This document shows, in pieces, positions 46,996 to 56,572 of a DNA stretch of 64,000 bases; the first letter of the stretch is position 1, and the number at the start of each line of letters is the position of its first letter. The stretch covers positions 192,001 to 256,000 of the forward strand of contig CAWDDT010000013.1 in the NCBI GenBank assembly GCA_963801165.1, written 5' to 3'. The notes below the pieces were generated by a model. The model saw nothing but the letters and a program-made list of their open reading frames with translations, made no database searches and was not told the DNA's origin. Made by a program: the position numbers and the translations under genes. The DNA comes from an uncultured bacterium. Lineage in GTDB: Bacteria > Actinomycetota > Acidimicrobiia > Spongiisociales > UBA5794.

Positions 46996-49900
46996 ATGAG
47001 TGGCGCCCCATCTTCACCGGTATTATCGATACGCACGCTTGGTGAAGTCTCGCTGTGGCGGGACGGCGAGCGCATCTCGGAACTCCGATCGACCAAGGCC
47101 GTGGCCCTCCTGGTCTATGTGGCCGAGACCGGCCACCTCCATCGCCGATCGTCGCTGGCCGGGCTGTTGTGGAGCGACCGCGACGAGGCGGCGGCCCGCA
47201 ACAACCTACGGCAGACGCTGACTGCGCTGCGAAAAGTGGTCCCCGACCATCTGCTCGTCGACGGTGACCAGGTTGGCATCACCGGGGATTACACGATCGA
47301 CACCCGGCCCATCGAGCCAGACGGTTACCGGGGCGATTTCCTCGCCGGGCTCGAAGTGCCCGATGCCCAGCTGTTCGACGAATGGGTGCAGCGGACCAGG
47401 TCGGCGCACGCCATGGTGGCGGTGTCGGTGTTGGAGACGGCAGCCGCCCGGGCGCTCCAGCAGGGCGACAGCGCGGGTGGTTTGGCCGCGGCGCACCGCA
47501 TCCTCGATCTCGAGCCGTGGAACGAGATAGGCCATCGACTGGTGATGCGGCTGCTGGCAGCCGACGACCGGGTCCCGGAGGCGGTGCAGCAATATGACCG
47601 GTGTGCCGGGGTCCTCCGTGACGAGCTCGGTGTCGAGCCCTCCGCCGAGACGCAGGCGCTGCTGGCAGCGATCGAGGCTGGTGGGCCCGGCGAGGACGGC
47701 AAACCCGACACTGCGACTCTTCCGATCCCCTCCACTCTCTTGTTCGGACGGGATGCGGAGCTCCAAGAGCTCACTGAAGCACTCTGCCACGGGCCTTCCC
47801 GGCTGATCTCGGTCGTCGGCCCGGGCGGCATCGGCAAAACGCGGTTGGCCGCGGCGGTGGCCAACCGGATTCGCAACATAGAGAACGGTGATGTGACGGT
47901 GGTGACCCTGGAGGGCACCACCGATCCGGCCCGGGTCGCTCATGAGCTGGCGACGGCGTGCGGGATCATCCTGATGACCGGCCACAACCCGGTGCGTCAG
48001 ATCACCGACCGGCTCGCCGAGCGGGACATGTTGATCGTGATCGACAACGCCGAGCAGGTGACGAACGCAGTGGGCGACGTGGCATCGGCGCTGCTGTCTG
48101 CCTGCCCGAGGGTGCGCCTGCTGGTGACGAGCCGTGTCGTGCTCAACGTGGCCAGCGAGGAGGTGTTCCGGCTGGGTGGGCTCGCCGTCGACTGCGCCGA
48201 CCCGGGGCGGACCTCCCCTGCGGTCGAGCTGTTTGTGGATCGTGCCCGCCGCGTGATTCGCTCCTTCGAGGCCGATGCCACCGTCACCGAGATCTGCCGC
48301 ATGGTCGGCGGCATGCCACTGGCCATCGAGCTGGCGGCCCGCCTCGTCTCCGGGCACCGGCCGGAGGAAATCCGGGATGCATTGCTGGAGAGCATCGACA
48401 TCCTCACCACCGACGTGCGGGACGTCCCCGATCGGCAGCGGAGCATGGCGTCGGTGCTCGAGCATTCGTGGGCTCGTCTCGATGACATCGACCGGCGGCT
48501 GCTGGCTCGCCTGAGCGTGTTTCGAGGCGGGTTCGATCGGGCTGCGGCGATGGCCGTCGCCGGAGCGGACCCGGCAGCACTACAGCGGCTGGTGGGACGG
48601 ACCCTCCTGGCACTCGGCCGGCACGGCAGGTTCGAGATTCACGAGTTGATCCGTCAGTTTGCGGCCAGAAAGCTGAGCGAGGAAATTGGCGACAGGGAAG
48701 ATACGTTGCGGGACTATGCCCGGCACTTCCTGTCGGTGCTGGTGGATGCCGAGGCGGCGCTGGCCGGATCTGATGCCAGGGCCACGACGGCGCGTCTTGT
48801 GGCGGACATCGACAACATCGACGCGGCCTGGCTGCACGCCGTTGCGCTGGGTGACCATCAGTGGCTGCTACGCGGCTCCCCCGGGCTCTACCGGCTGTGC
48901 CAATCCGCCGGGCGGATGGCGGCCGGCGTCGACCTGTTCGAATGGGCGGCGGGCGCCACCGACCCGGTGCTGGCCGCCAGGGCGTCGGCGTACCAGCTGG
49001 CGTTGGCGTGGCATGAGAGCCCCATCGATATCTGTGCGCAGCGCTACGAGCGGGGGCGGGCGCTGGTAGCGGGCGACACCGAGGAGGAAAAACGATCGCG
49101 GGTGATGCTGGCGTCGGGGTTCGGCCAGGCGCTTACGGAGCAGGCCGGCGACATCGACCGGTCCCGCAACATCTTCACCGAGGCCCTGCGACTTCTCGAG
49201 GAGTTCGACGACCCGGATCTACAGGCGTTCACGAGAGTGGCGGCGGCCAAGACCGAGACAACCGGCGGCCGTTTCGACGCTGCACTCGCGCTGCTCGACC
49301 CGGCGGCAGATTGGTTCCGCCAGACGGGGAACATTGCAGGTGCTGCCGAGGCGGCCAGCCGGATGGCGATGGCGTATGCCGAGCAATGCCGGGTGGGCCC
49401 CGCGCTCGAGTGGGACATCGCTGCGCTCGAGGCCTTCGACGCCCTCGGCAACCACACCCGGGCGTCGCACAGCGCCGGCAATGTCGGCGCCTCGTATGTG
49501 CTGGTGGGCGATTGGCCCAGGGCAGAGTCGTACACGTTGCGGGCGCTGGCGATGGCCCAAAAAATCGGCGATACGCTGCAGCTCCCCTATCTCGAATGTC
49601 AGCTGGCGGAGGTGAAGGCGGGGGCGGGTGATCGGGCCACGGCCGAGGAGCTCTTCACATCGGGGATCGCCGGGATCAGACGCAACGGTTTCTCACTGGG
49701 TCTGCGTCTCAAGCTGCCCGAATGGGGCCGCTTCCTCGTTGAAGAAAAGCGACATGTCCAAGCCCAGGCGGTGCTCGACGAGGGGCGGGACGTGTGGAAG
49801 AGCATCGGCGGGGAGCATTTCCTGACGACGGTCGAGGCGACCAGAGCCCGGGCGCTGCTCGGCCAGGGACGCGACGACGAGGCAACCGGTGCAGCGCGCC

Positions 49901-50136
49901 ATGTGTGGCGCAACATCGAACAAGTGCAAGCGAGCGGGTTGCCGTATCCGATCGAGTCGATGGTCGATTGCCTCTACGTCTTCGACGCACTCGGAGACAA
50001 GCAGCTGGCCGCCGATGTGGTGGAGTTGGCCGGCGTGGCGATCCGCCGGGTCCTATCGGAGATCGCCGACCCGCACCTCAGGGAGACCTTCCTGAACCTC
50101 GCCGACTGCCAGGTAGTCCTGAACCGATCCACCTGA
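46996..50136 (+). CDS. AfsR/SARP-type regulator: wHTH, BTAD, NB-ARC (STAND) ATPase, TPR-like repeats
   Basis: KAVALLVY..LAGLLW, YRGDFL, LEPWNE, LGVEPS, Walker A GPGGIGKT, Walker B IVIDNAE and GMPLAIELAA. Confidence 0.9.
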   Translation: MSGAPSSPVLSIRTLGEVSLWRDGERISELRSTKAVALLVYVAETGHLHRRSSLAGLLWSDRDEAAARNNLRQTLTALRKVVPDHLLVDGDQVGITGDYTIDTRPIEPDGYRGDFLAGLEVPDAQLFDEWVQRTRSAHAMVAVSVLETAAARALQQGDSAGGLAAAHRILDLEPWNEIGHRLVMRLLAADDRVPEAVQQYDRCAGVLRDELGVEPSAETQALLAAIEAGGPGEDGKPDTATLPIPSTLLFGRDAELQELTEALCHGPSRLISVVGPGGIGKTRLAAAVANRIRNIENGDVTVVTLEGTTDPARVAHELATACGIILMTGHNPVRQITDRLAERDMLIVIDNAEQVTNAVGDVASALLSACPRVRLLVTSRVVLNVASEEVFRLGGLAVDCADPGRTSPAVELFVDRARRVIRSFEADATVTEICRMVGGMPLAIELAARLVSGHRPEEIRDALLESIDILTTDVRDVPDRQRSMASVLEHSWARLDDIDRRLLARLSVFRGGFDRAAAMAVAGADPAALQRLVGRTLLALGRHGRFEIHELIRQFAARKLSEEIGDREDTLRDYARHFLSVLVDAEAALAGSDARATTARLVADIDNIDAAWLHAVALGDHQWLLRGSPGLYRLCQSAGRMAAGVDLFEWAAGATDPVLAARASAYQLALAWHESPIDICAQRYERGRALVAGDTEEEKRSRVMLASGFGQALTEQAGDIDRSRNIFTEALRLLEEFDDPDLQAFTRVAAAKTETTGGRFDAALALLDPAADWFRQTGNIAGAAEAASRMAMAYAEQCRVGPALEWDIAALEAFDALGNHTRASHSAGNVGASYVLVGDWPRAESYTLRALAMAQKIGDTLQLPYLECQLAEVKAGAGDRATAEELFTSGIAGIRRNGFSLGLRLKLPEWGRFLVEEKRHVQAQAVLDEGRDVWKSIGGEHFLTTVEATRARALLGQGRDDEATGAARHVWRNIEQVQASGLPYPIESMVDCLYVFDALGDKQLAADVVELAGVAIRRVLSEIADPHLRETFLNLADCQVVLNRST

Positions 50137-50174
50137 TACGCGTCCGGCCACGCCGTTCCCCCGGTACCGGCCCA

Positions 50175-50324
50175 CCCGTCCTTCCCCCCTCGCCCGGGCT
50201 TCGCCCGGTCGATCCCCCCGGAAACGGGGGGATTGCCGGAGCAGAACAACAGCCACCACCGCCCGTCCTTCCCCTCGCCCGGGCTACACCCGGTCGATCC
50301 CCCGGGACTACTCGAGGGGAGGGT
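50175..50324. repeat. Two REP-like units, reverse-complement relatives of the 108-bp array unit
   Basis: CCTTCCCC..CGCCCGGGCT.CRCCCGGTCGATCCCCC occurs twice. The spacer AGCCACCACC is the reverse complement of GGTGGTGGCT in the array. Confidence 0.8.
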
Positions 50325-50401
50325 GACAACCGGTCGCAACTGCTGTCCCGTCCTCCCGGCCGCGTCGTCGTGTGTCGGGGGTGGGCGATAGGCTCTGGCG
50401 C

Positions 50402-51481
50402 ATGGATCTTCCCGTGAACCCGCCGATCAAGCCGATGCTCGCCAAACCCGTCGAGAAACTCCCGGTGGGCGAAGTGTCCTACGAGATGAAATGGGACGGG
50501 TTTCGCTGCATCGTGTTTCGTGACGGCGACGAGATCGTGCTCGGCTCCCGCAACGAGAAGCCTCTCAACCGCTATTTCCCTGAGATGGAACCGGTGCTGC
50601 TCGAAACCCTGCCGGAGCGCTGTGTCGTCGACGGTGAGCTGTTCGTCAGCATCGACGGCCGGCTCGACTTCGACGCTCTCGGCCAGCGGATCCATCCCGC
50701 CGAATCGCGGGTGAACATGCTCGCAGCAGAGACCCCGGCCGGTTTCGTGGCATTCGATCTGCTCGCCCTCGGCAACGAATCGTATCTCGATAGACCCTTC
50801 GGGGAGCGCCGCGAGGCCCTCGAGGGCATCGCAGGCGGGTTCCGGCCGCCGGTGCACCTCGCCCCCGCCACCGGCGACCCGGAGCTGGCGATGGAGTGGT
50901 TCAACACCACCGAGGGTGCCGGGTTGGACGGGCTGATCATCAAACCGCTCGGCGACCGGTATGTGTTTGACAAGCGGGTCCAGTTCAAGCTCAAGCACGT
51001 CCGCAGCGCAGATTGCGTCGTCGCCGGATACCGGATGCACAAATCCGGTGACGGGGTCGGTTCGCTGATACTTGGTTTGTATGCGCCGGATGGGCAGCTT
51101 TGGCACGTGGGGGTGGCAGCCAGCTTCACCGCCGCAAGACGCAAGGAGCTGGCCGTCGAGATGGAGCCGCTCGTTCTCGACGACATCGGAGGGCATCCGT
51201 GGGCAGGATGGATGGACGCCAAAGCCAACGCCGACGGCTCGATGCCCGGAGCGCCGAACCGCTGGAGCGGTGCATCAGGTCGTGACCATTCGTGGATCCC
51301 GGTGCGGCCGGAGCGGGTGGTGGAGGTGCGCTACACGTGGACGACGGCGGGCCGGTTCCGTGGCACAACCAAGATGCTGCGTTGGCGCCCCGACCGCGAG
51401 CCCGATTCCTGCAGCACCAACCAGCTCGCCGATCCCGATCCGATTCCCGCCGATTCCCCGGTGCGCCCCATCGTCGGGTAG
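50402..51481 (+). CDS. ligC: ATP-dependent DNA ligase (LigC type)
   Basis: PMLAK, YEMKWDGFR, VVDGE, AFDLL, DGLIIK, KLKH.RSADCVVAG.R.HK and WRPDR.P.SC. Confidence 0.9.
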   Translation: MDLPVNPPIKPMLAKPVEKLPVGEVSYEMKWDGFRCIVFRDGDEIVLGSRNEKPLNRYFPEMEPVLLETLPERCVVDGELFVSIDGRLDFDALGQRIHPAESRVNMLAAETPAGFVAFDLLALGNESYLDRPFGERREALEGIAGGFRPPVHLAPATGDPELAMEWFNTTEGAGLDGLIIKPLGDRYVFDKRVQFKLKHVRSADCVVAGYRMHKSGDGVGSLILGLYAPDGQLWHVGVAASFTAARRKELAVEMEPLVLDDIGGHPWAGWMDAKANADGSMPGAPNRWSGASGRDHSWIPVRPERVVEVRYTWTTAGRFRGTTKMLRWRPDREPDSCSTNQLADPDPIPADSPVRPIVG

Positions 51482-51575
51482 CCGCCTCAGCCTCGGTGAG
51501 GTTCGAGTTTCTCCGTGGCCCCGCGCAGATCTCCGGCATATGACGACGTCTTCCGCAGCGGCGAGCGGGGGCGGG

Positions 51576-51694
51576 GTCTGGCTCACCAGCTGGCGGGATA
51601 CCCGATGAGCCATCCGACGTCCCGCGTCGGGAAGCCCCCGTCCCGGAGCTCCTGCGCCGCCGATGGCGTTGCCGACTGGTGTTGGCTCGGTCAT
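51576..51694 (-). pseudogene. Chimeric relic: DUF6510-like start fused to a frameshifted HicB-type antitoxin HTH fragment
   Basis: An ATG overlapping the reductase stop reads MTEPTPVGNAIGG. Other frames read AAQELRDGGFPTRDVGWLIG / VSRQLVSQ. Confidence 0.4.
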
Positions 51695-52422
51695 GTCGCT
51701 CCCCCGCTCGGTCCGAATCGCTCCGTGAGCACACGCTCGGGGCGATGGCCGAGCTTCACCAGGGACGTGGCGACAGTCTCGACAAAGCCGGTGGGGCCGC
51801 AGACGCAGCAGAGCGGATCATCGCCGGCCGGCCAGGCCAGCTCGTCGAGCATTGCTTCGTCGACCCGCCGGCTCGGCCCTTTCCAGCCCGGCGGTTGAGA
51901 CCGAGTGAGGGTGTGCACCACGCTGATCCCCGGGTCGTCCCGCGCCAGGGTGTCGAGCTCGTCGCGGTAGATGATGTCGTCGTAGGATCGCGACGAGGCC
52001 AGGTAACGGACTGGCACGTCGCTGCCGGTCGCGACCCGGGCCCTGAGCATCGCCATGAGCGGCACCACCCCGCTGCCCCCTCCGAGAAGCTGAAGCGGCC
52101 CGCCCCGGCCCGGCTCCCACACGAAGTACCCGCCGATCGGTCCCCTCACCTCGATGCGGTCAGCAACGAGCAACCCGTCGATCAGGTAGCCGGACACCTC
52201 ACCCTCGTCGACCTGCTCGACCGTGATCGTCAGCCGGTCGCCGTCGGCCGGGGTAGCGATCGAGTAGCTGCGCTGAGCCTGGTAGCCGTCTTCGGCGGTG
52301 AGCCGCAGATCGAGGTGCTGGCCGGGCCGGTGGCCGGGCCAGCCCGGGCAGTCGAGCACGATGCTGCGCACCCTGGGCGTCTCGTCGATGAAAGCGACAA
52401 CGGTGGCGACGAGCCAGTTCAA
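51691..52422 (-). CDS. Ferredoxin-NADP reductase-like FAD/NAD(P)H oxidoreductase
   Basis: PGQH.D.RLTAEDGYQAQRSYSIA, GEVS, RGPIGG.F, GGSGVVP and CGPTGFV. The TTG start overlaps the upstream TGA. Confidence 0.9.
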   Translation of the reverse strand: MNWLVATVVAFIDETPRVRSIVLDCPGWPGHRPGQHLDLRLTAEDGYQAQRSYSIATPADGDRLTITVEQVDEGEVSGYLIDGLLVADRIEVRGPIGGYFVWEPGRGGPLQLLGGGSGVVPLMAMLRARVATGSDVPVRYLASSRSYDDIIYRDELDTLARDDPGISVVHTLTRSQPPGWKGPSRRVDEAMLDELAWPAGDDPLCCVCGPTGFVETVATSLVKLGHRPERVLTERFGPSGGAT

Positions 52423-53018
52423 TCGCCCTCGAATCTCTGCTCCAGCCAAGGGTCGCCGTGGTTGTGGTAGCCGTACGATTCCCAGAACCCGGGACGGTCG
52501 GTGTCCGACAAGGTCATGCCCTCGACCCATTTGGCGCTCTTCCAGAAGTACAAGTGCGGGACGAGGAGACGGGCCGGGCCGCCATGCTCCGGCTCGAGCG
52601 GCCGGCCCTCGTAGGCAATGGCGATCATCGCCTTGCCAGCGGCGATGTCGTCACGGTCGAGGTTGGTGGTGTAGCCGCCGGTGCAGTGGAACAGAGCGTG
52701 GGTTCCGGGGAACTCGCCGAGGATGGTGTCGAGCGACACACCTTCCCAGGTGGTGTCGAGCTTGGTCCACTTGGTGACGCAGTGAATGTCGACGGTGATC
52801 TTCTGCATCGGGAGACTGGTGAACTCCTGCCATGCCCAGCTCGCCTCTTCGCCGTTGCCGCCGGTGATGGAGAAACGCCATTGCTCCTCCCGGATCCGCG
52901 GTGTCGGCCCGGCGGATAGCACCGGAAAGCCCGTCTCCAGGTACTGGCCGGGCGGCACCCGATCCGCCGGCCCCTCTGCCCGACCCCGGCGCCGGAAACC
53001 CCGGTTGACGATGCTCAT
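52419..53018 (-). CDS. Sulfite oxidase-like molybdopterin oxidoreductase
   Basis: RVPPGQY, DIHCVTKW, GYTTN, EHGGPARL.VPHLYFWKSAKW and GFWE..GYH. Confidence 0.9.
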   Translation of the reverse strand: MSIVNRGFRRRGRAEGPADRVPPGQYLETGFPVLSAGPTPRIREEQWRFSITGGNGEEASWAWQEFTSLPMQKITVDIHCVTKWTKLDTTWEGVSLDTILGEFPGTHALFHCTGGYTTNLDRDDIAAGKAMIAIAYEGRPLEPEHGGPARLLVPHLYFWKSAKWVEGMTLSDTDRPGFWESYGYHNHGDPWLEQRFEGD

Positions 53019-53236
53019 GACACACGCCCGGGGAGCCGGCGTTCCGGCTGCGTGCGTTTCGGTCCAATGGTCATCGCGGGTCCCTTCACTGGTGAGTGCG
53101 ATGCAACGCTACCGCGGGGTGAGCCGCCGGACGACGGTGGGTGCCGGCCGGGCTGTTCCGGGTGCCCACGCCGCAGAAAACCGTCTAATCGAACAGCGCC
53201 GGCTCGCCGATTTGACCGATACGCCATACTCCTGAC

Positions 53237-53749
53237 GTGAACCGTGAAGAACGCATTGAGAAGGCGCGCCGGATGGCTCGAGAGGGAGCCCCGCCGCGCG
53301 AGGATGTCGCCCGCAAGAGCGCCCACCAGCTCCATCAACGATTGTCGGATGTCGGCGCATCCCAAGCACAACGCCATGTGGCTGCTGCAGAGCAGTCGGG
53401 ACAAGCCGTCTATCTCGACCCCGTCGAGACACCTGAGGAGTGGGATCAAGCGGTGGAGCTGGCCCGACTGGTCACCATCTCGAGGGCGAAACGCCGCGAC
53501 ACGATCAGCTACGGGGAGATCAAGTGGGTGATCCTCACCGAGCTCAGGATGCTCGTCGGCCATTCGATGTTCCCCAACCTGATGGAAGCAGTGAACCAGA
53601 CGTCAGACGGTGTGCTGTTGTCGTCGGTCATCGTCAACAAGGACGACGGCAAGCCCGGTGCTGGCTTCCTTCCGTACGCCAGGAGCCTCGGGTTCGACCT
53701 GCCGGTAGAAGCACTACAACGCCAGGTATACGACCACTTCCGCTCGTAG
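53237..53749 (+). CDS. Hypothetical protein with C-terminal winged-helix-like domain
   Basis: AKRRDTISYGEI...LLSSVIVNKDDGKPGAGF pattern. Confidence 0.7.
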   Translation: MNREERIEKARRMAREGAPPREDVARKSAHQLHQRLSDVGASQAQRHVAAAEQSGQAVYLDPVETPEEWDQAVELARLVTISRAKRRDTISYGEIKWVILTELRMLVGHSMFPNLMEAVNQTSDGVLLSSVIVNKDDGKPGAGFLPYARSLGFDLPVEALQRQVYDHFRS

Positions 53750-53775
53750 CGACGGCGGGCCGACCGCGCCCGCAA

Positions 53776-53993
53776 CCTTAATCCGCGTTCTCTCATCTCC
53801 TCTTCGCCTTCGCTCCGCCAACGTCAGCGACGCCACTTCTCCCGCAGGGAGAAGGAATTCATCCTCCCCCTGGGAGGATCGACCGGCCCGGAGAGCCAGG
53901 TAGAGGAGGGCCTTGCGAACAGGTCCAGATTCACAGAAAAGGGTGAAATCAACCTCTCCGTAACCCCTGACGCCCACATCCCGCGGATTGACG
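53776..53993. mobile_element. Non-autonomous MITE, copy B (218 bp)
   Basis: Ends CCTTAATCCGCG / CGCGGATTGACG, flanks CGCAA / CGTAA. It is colinear with 36471-36713 apart from a missing ~25-bp hairpin. Confidence 0.7.
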
Positions 53994-54009
53994 CGTAAGG
54001 GGACCGTGC

Positions 54010-56355
54010 CTACCCGAGGGCGCGGTGGAGGAAGGCCGCCATCTGAGCTCTGGTTACGGGAGCGTTGGGACAGAACATGTCGTTGGTTGGCGGGTTGCAG
54101 CCCTTGGTGATCCCGGCCGCGGCTAGCTTGGCGATATCGCCTTCGAACACCGACCCGTCGTCATCGACGAACGAGTTACCGCCACCGTCGTCGGTCAACC
54201 CCAACGCCCGCACCAGGAACGCCGCCATCTGACCCCTGGTCACCACCGCACCCGGGCAGAACATGTCGTTGTCCGGCGGGTTGCAGCCCTTGGTGATACC
54301 GGTGTTACCCAACCACTGGATATCGGCGGCAAACACCGACCCGGCAGTATCGGTGAAGGTGACCGGCAGGCCCTGCATGATCTTGTCGACGAGCGCCCGA
54401 TGTAGGAACGCCGCCATCTGACCCCTCGTCACCGAATCGCCGGGACAGAACAGGTCGTTGTCCGGCGGATTACAACCCAGGGTGATGCCCTCGGCAGCCA
54501 GCCACTCAACATCTGCGAAGAAAGTATCGGTGGTCGGCACGTCGTCAAACGTCGGTGTTGTCGGTGTCTCGAACACGTCGGTGACATCGACGGTGACCGT
54601 CGCCATGTCGCTGCTCGAGCCGTTGCTCACCTCGACCGTGAGCGTGTAGGTCGGCGTGGTCTCGTAATCGAGGGCGGCAGCAGTGGTGATCGCACCCGTC
54701 GCCGCATCGATAGCGAAAACACTGCCGGTGTTTCCTGCCGTGAGCGAGTATGCGAGTGTGCCCGACCCGGACGCCGTCACCGTGCCGACCGAAGTCCCAA
54801 CGGCAACGTCCTCGGCCACGGTGAAGTTTGCATCGCTGGCGAGCACCGCCGCACCACAGCCCGCCGGCTCGCTGGTGAGCCACGGAGTGAAATCGATGTC
54901 GCCGTAGACACCATCGCCTGATCCGGTACCGGCACCAGAAGGTCCTGTGGCGCTCCCCCACCAGTTGTTCTCGAAGCTGAGGGTGCTGGATCCGGCTAAG
55001 TTGCTTGCCCCATCGTTGTTGCCGACGATGCAGTTGCCGGTCGATCCGACGAGGGTGACTCCGTCAAAGAACGCGAGTCCGGTCGCGGTCGACCCGACAA
55101 CCAGGTTGTTTGTGATCACATTCGGGTGGAGCTGGGTCAACGCGACCGCCTCGACATTGGGCCGAGCGTGGCCGGCGGGATCGACCCCAAACACGTTGTG
55201 GTCGATGTAGAGCCCGGTAGCCCCAACATCGCCGCTGCCATTAATCCCGTAGGTTGCGGATCCGAAGTAGTTGTCCCGGATCTCGTTCCCGTTCGCCAAG
55301 GCGCTGAGACTCACCTCGACTCCGGTGTTCATGGGTGCCGCCGCTCCTGCCGGGGTGGTGCCGAACACGTTGCCGACAACCTGGTTGTCGATAGCCATGA
55401 ATGAGGTGAGGTCGAGCTGCACCCCCGTGTCACCGCCGAAGTAGTTACGTTCGAGATCGTCGGAAACCCCGTCCATGTTGCTTCCCACCAGGTTTCTGAC
55501 GGCGAGTTGGCGCATGTACACCGACCCGCCGCCGAGTTGCGTGGCGCCATCGGCGGTGAACCCGAAGTAGTTGCCCGCAATCCAATGGTCGCTGCTGGCT
55601 GCGTCGCCGTTGATGAAGATGGCGTACGTGCCGGTGGTGCCGAAGACGTTGCGTTCGCCCAAGTCGCCGCTGGCGTCGCCGTCGGTACCGATGATCGTAT
55701 GCGAGGCGTTACTCTCGAGAACGATCGAGGTGGTGAAATCTCCGGCACCGAGATGGTTCTCGCCCGGTCCGTCGAGAGCGAAATGATTGCACGCGATGTG
55801 GTGGCCCGTCCCTTCGTACAGGTCGATGGCGGGAGTGAAGAAGGTGGAGTCGTCGCTGCCGAAGGCAAAGCCCCGAATGGTCGTGGCGCCTGTGGCGTTG
55901 GCAACGTTGAAAATGATGGCGCTCCCAGAAGTCGGTGCGCTTACGATCTCGATTCGCATGTAGGACGGCTCGGTTGCCGTGGCACACACGTTGGGCTGCG
56001 GGGCGTCGTTCTGCGGCTGGGTGGTCCCGTCGAGGTTCACCGCCTGGGTGATCGTGAGCGGGCCTCCGGTGAGAGTGAGACGGCACACCCCGCCCGGACA
56101 GGAGGCTGCGGGGATATCGAAGTTGATGGTGTCGGTACCAGGGTTGGCATTGGCAGCTGTGACCGCACCACGCAGGCTGCAGTCACCTGCCGCTGCGGTG
56201 CATGCGCTCAACGCCGCGTTGTCGACGACCGTGTCAACCACGTACGACGTTGCCGCTGCCGCAGGAACAGCAGTGGCAACGGTGACAAGAGACGCTACGG
56301 CCAGACCCACGGCGGCGGCCCAAACAACGATGCGGCGTCGAACGATTGCTGACAT
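54010..56355 (-). CDS. CSLREA/beta-helix/cadherin/SLH surface protein (paralog 2)
   Basis: Signal peptide, CTAAAGDCSLRGAV, LDYETTPTY cadherin motif and three SLH repeats. Confidence 0.85.
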   Translation of the reverse strand: MSAIVRRRIVVWAAAVGLAVASLVTVATAVPAAAATSYVVDTVVDNAALSACTAAAGDCSLRGAVTAANANPGTDTINFDIPAASCPGGVCRLTLTGGPLTITQAVNLDGTTQPQNDAPQPNVCATATEPSYMRIEIVSAPTSGSAIIFNVANATGATTIRGFAFGSDDSTFFTPAIDLYEGTGHHIACNHFALDGPGENHLGAGDFTTSIVLESNASHTIIGTDGDASGDLGERNVFGTTGTYAIFINGDAASSDHWIAGNYFGFTADGATQLGGGSVYMRQLAVRNLVGSNMDGVSDDLERNYFGGDTGVQLDLTSFMAIDNQVVGNVFGTTPAGAAAPMNTGVEVSLSALANGNEIRDNYFGSATYGINGSGDVGATGLYIDHNVFGVDPAGHARPNVEAVALTQLHPNVITNNLVVGSTATGLAFFDGVTLVGSTGNCIVGNNDGASNLAGSSTLSFENNWWGSATGPSGAGTGSGDGVYGDIDFTPWLTSEPAGCGAAVLASDANFTVAEDVAVGTSVGTVTASGSGTLAYSLTAGNTGSVFAIDAATGAITTAAALDYETTPTYTLTVEVSNGSSSDMATVTVDVTDVFETPTTPTFDDVPTTDTFFADVEWLAAEGITLGCNPPDNDLFCPGDSVTRGQMAAFLHRALVDKIMQGLPVTFTDTAGSVFAADIQWLGNTGITKGCNPPDNDMFCPGAVVTRGQMAAFLVRALGLTDDGGGNSFVDDDGSVFEGDIAKLAAAGITKGCNPPTNDMFCPNAPVTRAQMAAFLHRALG

Positions 56356-56446
56356 TTCCCTACCTTCGATCCTCGACCTGGCCACTGGGAAGTTAGCCGA
56401 TGCTGTGAGCATGTGGAGGGCGAATCAGCCGTGAGGCACGACCCGT

Positions 56447-56490
56447 TCTGGCGTTGCAGACCGGAATATGTTCCGGTTTGCAACGCCAGA
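56447..56490. repeat. Long hairpin with a 20-bp stem and 4-nt loop (terminator or palindromic element)
   Basis: TCTGGCGTTGCAGACCGGAA-TATG-TTCCGGTTTGCAACGCCAGA, with one G-T pair. Confidence 0.75.
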
Positions 56491-56572
56491 GTGGCGGGGC
56501 ACGGCTGTGGCGGCCGGGGTGATCGCCCGCGGCGGCCGAATCGACTCGAGCGCGGTGTCGAAGGGACGGGCG

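Noticed and set aside
46996-50136. STAND ATPase considered as an Avs-type antiphage protein
   Set aside because: The N-terminal wHTH+BTAD marks it as an ordinary AfsR/SARP transcription regulator, and it has no nuclease or other effector domain.
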